A DNA stretch of 64,000 bases from an uncultured Saprospiraceae bacterium (GTDB lineage: Bacteria; Bacteroidota; Bacteroidia; Chitinophagales; Saprospiraceae): assembly GCA_937921525.1 (NCBI GenBank), contig CAKZUM010000221.1, positions 9,342-73,341 on the forward strand. Reading direction: 5' to 3'. The notes under the pieces were generated by a model. The model was not told where the DNA came from and did not search any database. It was given only the letters and a program-made list of their open reading frames with translations. Of this stretch, positions 27,306 to 36,800 are shown piece after piece. The translations under genes and the position numbers were made by a program. Each line of letters begins with the position of its first letter. Within the stretch, counting starts at the first letter, position 1.

Positions 27306-27551
27306 ATGGATATAACAAAGACCTTAACCCAAATATCCAACTTTCGGACAAAGGCAATATTTGCCAATAACCAAGAAATAGAAACCCAATTACAGAAGCT
27401 AATTCCTTTGGCCCTTGCGGTCTATGAACATCGAGCCTGTCCGAATAGTGACGAGTACCAGGAGAAAAGGAAATTGTTTTATGAGGCATTGGAAGAGTTG
27501 CCGAAGGGGTGGCGACCGTTTACTCTTCCTGCGGATACGGGACTGGAGTAG
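27306..27551 (+). CDS. Hypothetical small protein (81 aa); its 3' third is duplicated at 29849-29943
   Basis: ORF. A truncated paralogous copy of its C-terminus (..NSNVYQKHRKTFYEVLEQLLKAWRPITLPV*) lies 2.4 kb downstream. Confidence 0.5.
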   Translation: MDITKTLTQISNFRTKAIFANNQEIETQLQKLIPLALAVYEHRACPNSDEYQEKRKLFYEALEELPKGWRPFTLPADTGLE

Positions 27552-27600
27552 CAGGGGAAAATGGCTATTGGTTTACATTCTCGTAGGAATGAACAAAAAT
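27441..27600 (+). repeat. Direct repeat copy A (~160 bp) flanking the two-gene cassette
   Basis: Aligns by eye at roughly 75-80% identity, with small indels, to 29849-30030. Example segments: GGCGACCG-TTACTCTTCCTG and TAGGAATGAACAAAAATAT. Confidence 0.75.
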
Positions 27601-27603
27601 ATC

Positions 27604-29079
27604 TTATTTTATTTCTTGATGATTATTGATTCCCAATAGAATACTTTGGTTGTTTGATTTGTTGATATTATTAACAGTCAGGTTAATTACATTTCTAGCA
27701 TTTATAGAAGGCTGATTATTCACATTGATGCTCTGAAGTATTTTATTTATCTCTGCTTCAGATATTTTCCCCAGAGGTAATCTAGAAGTTAGTTTTAGGA
27801 AAATAGAAGCTATATCAATCAACGTATCTGTAGCCTTAAGTATTTTATCGGGCAGCGTAGAATTTGTTACAGATTGTTGTTGATTTTTAATTAGATTCCA
27901 AAATCTAGGCTCAGTACTATTGATTAAACCCTCAAATATCTCTCTGGATATGTCATCGTTCGAAAAATAGAAAAACGTTATTTGCGTAGGAGTCCGCTCA
28001 TAAATTTGAATGCCAAAATTCATATGATTTTCACCACTAAAATATCTAGAAAATACTTCTGTTAATTCTAAAAGTAGCTCTTGATTTTCATCCGTTAATA
28101 GAATAGTTTTCATTTCGCTAGATACTCTATATTTAAGAACTCCTGATCCAAAAACGACTTTCTCTTTTTTTTCTAACGACTCTAACAAGTCTCTACTAGG
28201 TTTACTTAAGTTAAAGTAATTTATATTTTCTAATATGACAACACCTTGAATCTTCTCCTCATCTAATAATATTTCCGATACGTTATTAAAAAGCTTTTCT
28301 TTAGGATAAGAAGAGTTTATTTGGAAATTATCTTTAATTTCAGAATTAGTTAATGAGAATCTATTATATGTTTTAAAATCGCTAATTCTGGATTGCTTGT
28401 TAAATATTAGCTTTGTAAATCTCACTTCTTGCTCTGAGTGATTATCTAGTATATCTACTAATGATTTGAATTCACATTTTTCAATATTTAATCCTGTATG
28501 TTCTAATTCAGCAGAAAATTCACAATCATTGATGGAGGTAAACCCTTCAAAAATAGAATTATTAATATCTGTATAGCCGTTAGATTTACTTTTATTAAAA
28601 ATAAATTGATTTCTAAATTTACAGTTTTCAATGTACAAGTGGTCATATTCTATTTCATTAAGGGCTAAGCTTTCAAATTCGCAATCTGCAAAGCGGATAG
28701 GTCCACCAAATTTACTGCCATTAAAATTTACATATTCTCCGAAAATAATATTACTAAAAGTAAAATAATTAATTTTGGAATTTCTAAAATCAACATATCC
28801 ATCTAATTCAAGATTCTTAAAGATAGAAAGAGAACCGTCATGAGGTACTAATATAAATTCTGCAAAACTGAAATGTGGAGTTTTACTTTGAGTATAAGCA
28901 TCTTTAATTATCTTTTCACAGAATTCTTTGAAATGAGCAATTATGCCATTTGCTACTTTAAATTCATAATCCTCACTATGAAATATACACTTTCCATCTT
29001 TATCATGGATAACTTCTTCTACAGTAATAGAACAAGTTAGCGAACTTAATTCTCTTGTAAGATATTGATAGTTGCACAT
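27604..29079 (-). CDS. Pentapeptide-repeat-like protein with unassigned C-terminal domain (491 aa)
   Basis: Residues ~95-210 show the 5-residue periodicity of pentapeptide repeats (FRNSKINYFTFSNIIFGEYVNFNGSKFGGPIRFADCEFESL...). The start codon directly abuts the stop of the upstream gene (TAAATG). Confidence 0.7.
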   Translation of the reverse strand: MCNYQYLTRELSSLTCSITVEEVIHDKDGKCIFHSEDYEFKVANGIIAHFKEFCEKIIKDAYTQSKTPHFSFAEFILVPHDGSLSIFKNLELDGYVDFRNSKINYFTFSNIIFGEYVNFNGSKFGGPIRFADCEFESLALNEIEYDHLYIENCKFRNQFIFNKSKSNGYTDINNSIFEGFTSINDCEFSAELEHTGLNIEKCEFKSLVDILDNHSEQEVRFTKLIFNKQSRISDFKTYNRFSLTNSEIKDNFQINSSYPKEKLFNNVSEILLDEEKIQGVVILENINYFNLSKPSRDLLESLEKKEKVVFGSGVLKYRVSSEMKTILLTDENQELLLELTEVFSRYFSGENHMNFGIQIYERTPTQITFFYFSNDDISREIFEGLINSTEPRFWNLIKNQQQSVTNSTLPDKILKATDTLIDIASIFLKLTSRLPLGKISEAEINKILQSINVNNQPSINARNVINLTVNNINKSNNQSILLGINNHQEIK

Positions 29080-29811
29080 TTAGGAAAGTATTTCTTCACC
29101 TTGTTGGTTAATAAGTAAATCTTTTTGAAAAGTATCGCCTCTATGGTTTTCATAACTTAAGCGAATAAGAAAATCTCTTATTTCTTCTGGGTATTTTTGT
29201 TCACGGTATTTCTTCATTTGGTAACCTGATAGTGTTTTGTTGATTATAAATTTTCCGTTTACAGTAAATGATTTTCCCGCATCAATCGTTCCTAATTTCC
29301 CTGACTTAGATATAGAATTAAATTTTGATCCATTCGGAAAGATTAATTTACAGTTGTAGGCATATTCTTTAGATTCATTCTTTATCTTAATTTCGTAGTT
29401 CCAGCTAAACTCTTTTTCACCTGTCCCCCCAACTTGAAATTTGTAAGAAATAGGTTTTGATGCTGCTCCAAGTGTTCGTAAGGTTATAGTTAATTTAGGA
29501 TCACCTATATTATTATGGACTGTAAGGTTACCTGTATTTTGTATATTTCCTTTACCTCCGATTATTGTCTGTTTAGTTGCTGCTGCTGTGTTGTCAATAA
29601 CTTGTGTGTTACCTTTACCACTGATTATTGTTTGCTTATGCTTGCTTTTTCTCTTAATAAAAAAATTAATAATAAGGGTGATTATCAACACACCAATTCC
29701 TGAGAAAATCCATTCTTTATTTGTTAAAATCCATTCCATTCTATAGGCTTTAAAAGTTGATTGTTTTGGGTTAGCTTCACTAAAATGTATTTCTAAGCTT
29801 CTAATATACAC
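29080..29811 (-). CDS. Small membrane-anchored protein (243 aa ORF; likely 219 aa from the ATG at 29739)
   Basis: N-terminal TM helix (IFSGIGVLIITLIINFFI) followed by KRKSKHK. Internal duplicated motif KQTII(S/G)GKGN(T/I)Q. Immediately precedes the pentapeptide-repeat gene. Confidence 0.65.
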   Translation of the reverse strand: MYIRSLEIHFSEANPKQSTFKAYRMEWILTNKEWIFSGIGVLIITLIINFFIKRKSKHKQTIISGKGNTQVIDNTAAATKQTIIGGKGNIQNTGNLTVHNNIGDPKLTITLRTLGAASKPISYKFQVGGTGEKEFSWNYEIKIKNESKEYAYNCKLIFPNGSKFNSISKSGKLGTIDAGKSFTVNGKFIINKTLSGYQMKKYREQKYPEEIRDFLIRLSYENHRGDTFQKDLLINQQGEEILS

Positions 29812-29848
29812 AAAATCTGATAATGTAGTTTATCTAGTTAGATTTATC

Positions 29849-30030
29849 ACTAATAGTAACGTGTACCAGAAGCATAGGAAAACGTTCTATGAAGTATTGG
29901 AGCAGTTGCTGAAGGCCTGGCGACCGATTACGCTTCCTGTGTAGAGGCTAGGGGAGTAGATAGGGCAAATGGCCTATATGACAAGTTGTTTCCTATTTCA
30001 CTTTTTGATAGGAATGAGCAAAAATATAGA
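29849..30030 (+). repeat. Direct repeat copy B (~180 bp) flanking the two-gene cassette; contains a truncated copy of the 27306-27551 gene 3' end
   Basis: See copy A. The translated remnant parallels PNSDEYQEKRKLFYEALEELPKGWRPFTLP. Confidence 0.75.
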
Positions 30031-30264
30031 GATGAGCTTTTAATTGGAAAGAGTGATTTTGCAAGACGTGCACACCCTACTTAACATAAGGCCAATTATA
30101 GGAAAAATAATATTATGTGACTTAATTTAATGTGAAATTATGTTTTGTGGCGAGAGTAAACGGTATGTTTCTTTGATTAAAGATAAAAGGATTCTACCAA
30201 ACATTTTATACGTGATTTAATCAAGTTAAGTTGGGAGGTTATAAATCAATTTTTATTTAGAACA

Positions 30265-30969
30265 CTAAATACCACCAGCATTCACCCCAAACAAATAGCC
30301 CACCAAAGCAGTTACCCCCATAGCAATTGTTCCCCAAAAAGTAATTCTTCCAACTGCCTTCCAAACGATGGAACCTCCTGCCTTAGCAGCTACGACACCT
30401 AGTATAATTAGAAACAAAGTTGCAAAGCAGTACTGATAGATCACCATATTCTTTAATGGTAAAAAGATCGAAACGAGAAATGGAAAAAACCCTCCAAAAG
30501 TAAAAGCGGCACCCGATGCCAAAGCAGCTTGCATCGGTTGAGCTTGAGTCAAGACACTAATACCCAATTCATCTCTAGCATGTGCCTCTAATGCATTATA
30601 TGCGGTTAACTGTTTGGCTACCTCTAGCGCAGTTGATTTATCCAATCCTCTTTGTTCATAAATATCAGCTAGCTCCAGTAATTCTATTTCTGGCGTTTCT
30701 TCTAATTCTAGTCTTTCTCTTTCTAAATCTGCTGTTTCAATATCTACCTGAGAGCTGACGGAAACATATTCCCCCGCTGCCATTGACAAAGCACCTGCTA
30801 CCAATGCTGCTAAAGAGGCCAATACAATTGGATCTCTTAAATCGCTTGCTGCAGCTACTCCTATGGCAACACTTGCCGTAGATAAGATGCCATCATTTGC
30901 GCCTAATACGGCTGCTCTGAGCCAATTGCTACGATTGATGTAATGATTTTCAGGTTGATTTTCAATCAT
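30265..30969 (-). CDS. VIT1/CCC1-family iron/manganese transporter
   Basis: NWLRAAVLGANDGILSTASV motif, an acidic cytoplasmic helix region, and C-terminal TM helices. Confidence 0.85.
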   Translation of the reverse strand: MIENQPENHYINRSNWLRAAVLGANDGILSTASVAIGVAAASDLRDPIVLASLAALVAGALSMAAGEYVSVSSQVDIETADLERERLELEETPEIELLELADIYEQRGLDKSTALEVAKQLTAYNALEAHARDELGISVLTQAQPMQAALASGAAFTFGGFFPFLVSIFLPLKNMVIYQYCFATLFLIILGVVAAKAGGSIVWKAVGRITFWGTIAMGVTALVGYLFGVNAGGI

Positions 30970-31060
30970 AGTTTAATGTTTTTTAAAACCAATGAACAAT
31001 CGATTCAATAGAAGCTATTGATAGAGTTATCCTCGAAAAATAAAATAGTTAGATAACGTA

Positions 31061-31702
31061 TTAATTGACTGGAACTTGTATGGTCGCAAGAATCGTTTCC
31101 CCATCCACTACCTTATCATCTGCTTTCACCGTCGGCTGAACTCCTTCGGGCAAAATTAACGCAACTTGACTCCCTAATTTTATCAAACCAATTACTTCAC
31201 CTTGTTTGACTGTCTGGTTTGGTTCAACATAATCTTCAATCCGACGAGCCATTAAACCTGCTATCTGTACTACTTTATATTTTAGACCTGCTGGTGTTTT
31301 AAAGAATAAGGTATTGCGTTCATTCTCTACTCTAAACCCATAAGGATTTTTTTGAATCAAGGCATTGTTAAATTGCCCTGGGGTATATTCTTCACTTATC
31401 AATTGGCTACTGACGGGGGCACGTTGAAAATGTACATTGGTAATATCCATTTCGATCGCAATCAGCCAACCCGAATCTCCTATGTCTTTAGTTAAAACTT
31501 GCACCGCACCTGCATCTTTATTCCAGCTTAATTTTTCTTTTTCCCAATGAGTCACCGCAACGACTTTACCATTTGCAGGACTAACAAACAATGATTCATT
31601 ATTAGGAATATTTCGTTCGGGTTGTCGTAAAAACCAAACTTGATAATAGGCAATTGAAATAATTAGGAATAAGGCTAAGGCAAGAAGATTTTTTTTAATC
31701 AT
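31061..31702 (-). CDS. Phosphatidylserine decarboxylase-family proenzyme (short, archaeal/Asd type)
   Basis: SPANGKV, VHFQRAPVSS, NERN, QIAGLMARRI, and the LGSQV self-cleavage-type motif. Confidence 0.8.
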   Translation of the reverse strand: MIKKNLLALALFLIISIAYYQVWFLRQPERNIPNNESLFVSPANGKVVAVTHWEKEKLSWNKDAGAVQVLTKDIGDSGWLIAIEMDITNVHFQRAPVSSQLISEEYTPGQFNNALIQKNPYGFRVENERNTLFFKTPAGLKYKVVQIAGLMARRIEDYVEPNQTVKQGEVIGLIKLGSQVALILPEGVQPTVKADDKVVDGETILATIQVPVN

Positions 31703-31779
31703 AGGTACAAATCTATCGTTTATTTTCTACCAAATTATTACATGCTGGTAATTCTTAATATGAACACGCTCTAATAATT

Positions 31780-32643
31780 CTAGCTGAATAGCTTTCTAAA
31801 AAAAGTAAGCATTCTAATTAAATACTTTTTTTCTCCTTCTGACTTAGGAATGCCATCAGGATAGGCAGGTTTATTGGCCACTAATAAATTCAACAATTTT
31901 GGTTGCCTATTCCAATCACTTGCGTCTTGATATAATTGAGCAAACTCAGGTTCAATTAATACATCATCTAATATTTTCATCCCGAAAACACCCAAATCAT
32001 GCGATTGACCTAGTAGGTGTCTTTTATCCTCTGGTGACATAGGATAATTGGTCGGATAAAAATATTCAAATTGAGTGATTAAATTGACTGCGGTTCCTCT
32101 TGGGTTGGCAAATATTCTTCCTAATCGACCAAAGGCGAAATCTTTTCCTTCTACCATTGCCTGCGCAAATAACAGCCGATACAAAACAATATTGATTAGG
32201 ACTTGCTCCGAGTTATTTTCTTTTTTTGCTAAGGAAGGATATTTTAAATATCCATCTATAATACTTGAGTTGTGCGCTCGATACCAGGTGCTTTCACTTG
32301 GTCTTTCAATAAAGTCAACCCAAAATTGGGAAGGAGACGGTAGCTCACTTTTGGGAATACCAAATTCTTTTGCTTTTGCTCCTAACTCTGAAAGATAAAT
32401 AAATCGTAAATTAACAGCATTCCACCATTCACTTCCTTTATTGGACGCATCAGAAGAGCGAATGACTCTGTCATTCTCCCATTTCATAAAGGCTATTTCT
32501 GAATTTCCATATCCAAATTCTCCTCGGTCTGATGCGCCGAATTTTTTATAAAATTCTTCTCTAGACCTTAATCTGGCATCAGGGTCATCCTTTATTGTAG
32601 ATACAAATTTCTTAACTTCTTTTTCTACCTTTTTAAGCGACAT
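31780..32643 (-). CDS. Hypothetical protein (287 aa)
   Basis: Clean ORF. No family recognised. Confidence 0.6.
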   Translation of the reverse strand: MSLKKVEKEVKKFVSTIKDDPDARLRSREEFYKKFGASDRGEFGYGNSEIAFMKWENDRVIRSSDASNKGSEWWNAVNLRFIYLSELGAKAKEFGIPKSELPSPSQFWVDFIERPSESTWYRAHNSSIIDGYLKYPSLAKKENNSEQVLINIVLYRLLFAQAMVEGKDFAFGRLGRIFANPRGTAVNLITQFEYFYPTNYPMSPEDKRHLLGQSHDLGVFGMKILDDVLIEPEFAQLYQDASDWNRQPKLLNLLVANKPAYPDGIPKSEGEKKYLIRMLTFFRKLFS

Positions 32644-32662
32644 ATTCTATGTTTTTATCCCC

Positions 32663-33853
32663 CTACTCTATTCCAATCAAATTAAAAGCACCTTCTATCA
32701 AAATTTGTTCTTTCCCAGAAAAATCCTTACTATTTAAAATTTGGGCAAAGCCATTTTGTTTTTGACCTACGCTAACAGCCATTTTTTCAAAAAGACTAGC
32801 TCCATCTTTTTTGCCTTTGCTTATTAAAACGTAATCTTGCTCCTCTTCCGAAACAATGGCTGATTCGGGTACGCCTTTAGTTGGATGGTCCTCGGTAACA
32901 ATTTCAGCATCTATGAACATACCTGCTATTAAAGCTGCCTTGTCTTTTTTATTTTTTAGATGAGCATGTACTTGAATCACTCGTTTTTCAGCATCTACCG
33001 TTTTCCCGACTAGATAAACTTCCGCTTGATAAGTAGCAGCATTGGCATTGGGTATTCTAAAAGTAACGGTTTGACCTTTCTTGATTTTTAAAATATCTTT
33101 TTCAAAAACATTCAATTCTAAGTGTATATGGTCGGTGTTTAATATTCCAAGAGCTACATCTGTTGGATCTAAAAACATGCCTTTCATCGCATGGATGTCA
33201 GTAATGTAACCGCTGGCAGGAGATTTTATAGAAATGGAAGAAACCAAGTTCTGCGCACTTATATTATCCGTTGAAATGTTTAGTAAAGATAATCGCTTTT
33301 TCATGCCTTCCATCTTGGTTAAAGTCACTCGATATTCAGATTCTGCTTTGAGGAATTTCTTTTGAGCAACAACGTTTTCATTGGCCAAGGTTTTTTGCCG
33401 TTCATAATCTGATTGCAAATAAGTGAGTCGCTCTTTTGCTTCTAAATAATCCTGTTGCATTTGTACAAATTCAGGATTTTCTAAAGTGAATAAAACTTGT
33501 CCTTTTTTGACTCGCTCTCCTTGAACTAAATTGATATGAGTGACATAACCACCAGCATAGGCGCTTACTTTTGTATGATTCTTGGAAGGCACTTCTACTA
33601 TCCCATTTGCCTTTATTGTTGTTGGAAAATTATACTCCGCTAATTGCCCTAATTGCATTTTCGCCATTTCAAATTGACTTTGGGTCACCACTATTTCATC
33701 CGACATTTCGGCTTCAACCGCCGCAGCCATTTCATTAGCTCCAATTTCGATTGGCTTTGGCTGGGTATTAGAACAGTCAACTAAAAAGAAACTACCGAAG
33801 GATAAGAAGAGAACTGTTTTTATTATATTTTTCATGATAATTGTACTTAGCAT
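32663..33853 (-). CDS. Efflux RND periplasmic adaptor (membrane-fusion) subunit, CzcB/CusB-like
   Basis: Lipoyl/hairpin/beta-barrel MFP pattern (VVKGQVLFTLENPEF..., coiled-coil, GMFIDAEI). The likely start is the second Met (33835), giving a lipoprotein signal ...FFLVDC. Confidence 0.85.
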   Translation of the reverse strand: MLSTIIMKNIIKTVLFLSFGSFFLVDCSNTQPKPIEIGANEMAAAVEAEMSDEIVVTQSQFEMAKMQLGQLAEYNFPTTIKANGIVEVPSKNHTKVSAYAGGYVTHINLVQGERVKKGQVLFTLENPEFVQMQQDYLEAKERLTYLQSDYERQKTLANENVVAQKKFLKAESEYRVTLTKMEGMKKRLSLLNISTDNISAQNLVSSISIKSPASGYITDIHAMKGMFLDPTDVALGILNTDHIHLELNVFEKDILKIKKGQTVTFRIPNANAATYQAEVYLVGKTVDAEKRVIQVHAHLKNKKDKAALIAGMFIDAEIVTEDHPTKGVPESAIVSEEEQDYVLISKGKKDGASLFEKMAVSVGQKQNGFAQILNSKDFSGKEQILIEGAFNLIGIE

Positions 33854-33892
33854 ATTACTATATAGAGAAATGCTTGCTTAGTTAAAAGGGTA

Positions 33893-36800
33893 TTAATTCA
33901 TCAAGTAATTGATTTCCAAAACAATCAAATTGTATTGATAAAGATTATCCAAGTAACTTCGCTCTATATGCTTTGCATTTTCCATAGACTGTAGGTATTG
34001 CAAAAAATCTATTTCTCCGTTTTTAAAACCTTTCGTAGCGGTATTGATAATTTCCCTAGACAGCAGGCGCCCATCTTCTTGATAAAACAATAAGGCTTTT
34101 TCATACTTATTCAATTGCGCTTGTAATCGCTCTTTTTTTGCGGCAATAGATAAACGATAATTTAAGGCTTGTTGCTCAATCATTTTTGTTTCAAGTTTAC
34201 CTGCTTCTATGGTGGATCGTTGCGCCTTTCGCCACAAGGGTATGCCCACCCCCACTTGAAAGCCATTATATATTTTGGCATTATCAGCAGTATTACTACC
34301 CAAAAAGTATTCAAGATTGATGTCTGGTAGGGATTGTTTCTTTTCCAATTCAATAGTATTAAGAGAGACATCGGTTGCCGCTTGATATAATTGTAAGCTT
34401 GGATGATTTTCTATCGCAGATTCCTTGATAGCTAATGGCACAAATGAGGCGGTAGAAATAGTAAAAGGTTCTTCTGTCTGTAACCAACTAGCTAAATTGC
34501 TATAGCTCGCTGTAATATTATCGGTACATTGATCTATTTGCAAAGCCATTTCTTTTTGCTTCGTATCCGCTGTCAACTTTTCTAAATAATTAGTTTCCCC
34601 CAATTCATATCTACGAGTAGCTGCAGTTGCAAATTGTAGATATAAACTATCCATGTACTGATAATGTCCTTGGGTAGTTTCCCAGAATTGTATGGTCGTA
34701 TAAATCGTCGTTATTTCTTTTTCTAATAGCCGCTCGGCTATTTTTAAGCGTTGTTCTTGCACTTTCACTTCTGATTCCCTCAACTGCTTTTGCATTTTAT
34801 AAACCGAAGGCAATTTGATTGCTTGTTGGATACCTAGTATACCTAAAGGTTTGTCATTTGCGGCAATGTTGTTTTGGTCGAATCCAAAATAAATATTCGT
34901 TTTATCAATATCATAAGCTCCATTCGTCAGTTCTTGACTACGTTCGATAGCTAGAGAACTAGCTTTCAATCCTGCATTATTCTGTAAAGCAATTTCGATG
35001 GCTTCTTCCAAGGATAAAGTAGTACTTTGTGCTTGTCCAAAATTTGGAAAAATGAAGGTTGCAATAAAGAACAATAGCAAGGTATTCGAAGGCAGAATGG
35101 GTGTACTTCCTTTTTCTTGCTTATCAAAAAGTGCATATAAAACAGGGAGTACAATCAGCGTCAATAAAGTGGCCGAAATCAAGCCCCCCACCACTACTGT
35201 TGCCAAAGGACGTTGTACTTCTGCCCCTGCGGAAGTAGACAATGCCATTGGGATAAAGCCCAATGCTGCCGCCGAGGCAGTCAATAATACAGGGCGCAAG
35301 CGTTGCTGTGTTCCCAGTATCACTCGTTCTTTTAAATTATCCATACCCTGTGCTTTTAGTTCTTTAAAATGTTCAATCAATACAATGCCATTTAAAACAG
35401 CAATACCAAAAAGTGCAATAAATCCAACACCTGCAGAAATACTAAAAGGCATATCTCTAAAGTACAATAGCAGAATGCCACCGACAGCAGATAAAGGAAT
35501 CGCAGTATAAACCATCAATGCCTCTTTTATAGATTGAAAAGCGAAGTACAATAAAATAAAAATCAAGACCAATGCGATGGGTACAGCGACCATTAAACGG
35601 TCTCTAGCATTTCGAAGATTTTCAAATTGACCACCATAAATAACAGAATAGCCAACTGGAATTTTGACTTTAGTATCTATGATTGCTTGTACATCATTGA
35701 CGACCGATTCTAAATCTCGATTTCGTACATTTACCCCAACAACAATTCTTCTCTTGGTATCATCTCTAGAGATTTTAGCAGGACCTTTGGTGTAGCTAAT
35801 GTCTGCCAACTCGCTTAATGGAATTTGGCCACCATTGGATAAAGTAATGGAACTATTTCGGATGTTATCAATATCTTTTCTGAATTCAGCAGCATATCTA
35901 ACGACCAAGTCAAATTGCTTTTCCCCCTCGAATACACTTCCTGCGGGTAAACCAGCAAAACTCATCGTCAACATTTGGTTAACCTGTTCGATATTCAATC
36001 CAAAGTTGGCGATTTTTGCTCGATTATATTTAACCGACATTTGCGGCAAACCTGCCACTTTTTCAACTGAAATATCTGCCGCCCCTTCTACGCCTTCAAT
36101 GGCTTTTTTTATTTCCTGTGCCTTTTTATTCAGTACCTCCAAATCATCTCCAAAGAGCTTAATGGCTAAATCTGCTCGTACCCCCGTAATCAATTCATTA
36201 AATCGCATTTCAATGGGTTGGGTAAATTCATAGTCTAAACCTGGAATATCCGATAAGGCTTCTTTGAAAGCATCGGCTAATTCATCTTTGGTAGTTGCTG
36301 AGGTCCATTCTGAAGGAGGTTTTAAAGTAATGATGACATCACTCTCTTCCATAGACATCGGATCGGTTGGCACTTCTGCTGCCCCAATTCTGGTGACTAC
36401 CTGCTTGACCTCTGGAAAGGTCTTCAATATTTTTTCTATTTGAGTGGTTGTTTCTATGGTTTTACTAAGATTTGTTCCTGTTTTTAAAACGGGCTGAATG
36501 ACAAAATCTCCTTCATCCAAGGTAGGCACAAATTCCCCCCCCATCTGAGTAAATAAAATGCCAACACCTACTAAAAGTACCACCGCTAAGAAAAGGACAA
36601 TTCCTTTAAATCTTAATGCTAGCGTAATAACAGGGGTGTATATTTTTTCTAAAAAGGTAAGAATGATAACCGAAATATTTTTACTACTCTGAGCCGCAGG
36701 TTTGAGGAATAAGGCAGCCATAACAGGAACATAAGTAAAGCATAGTACCATCGCCCCAACGAGCGCAAAGCAAAAAGTCATGGCCATTGGGCTAAACATT

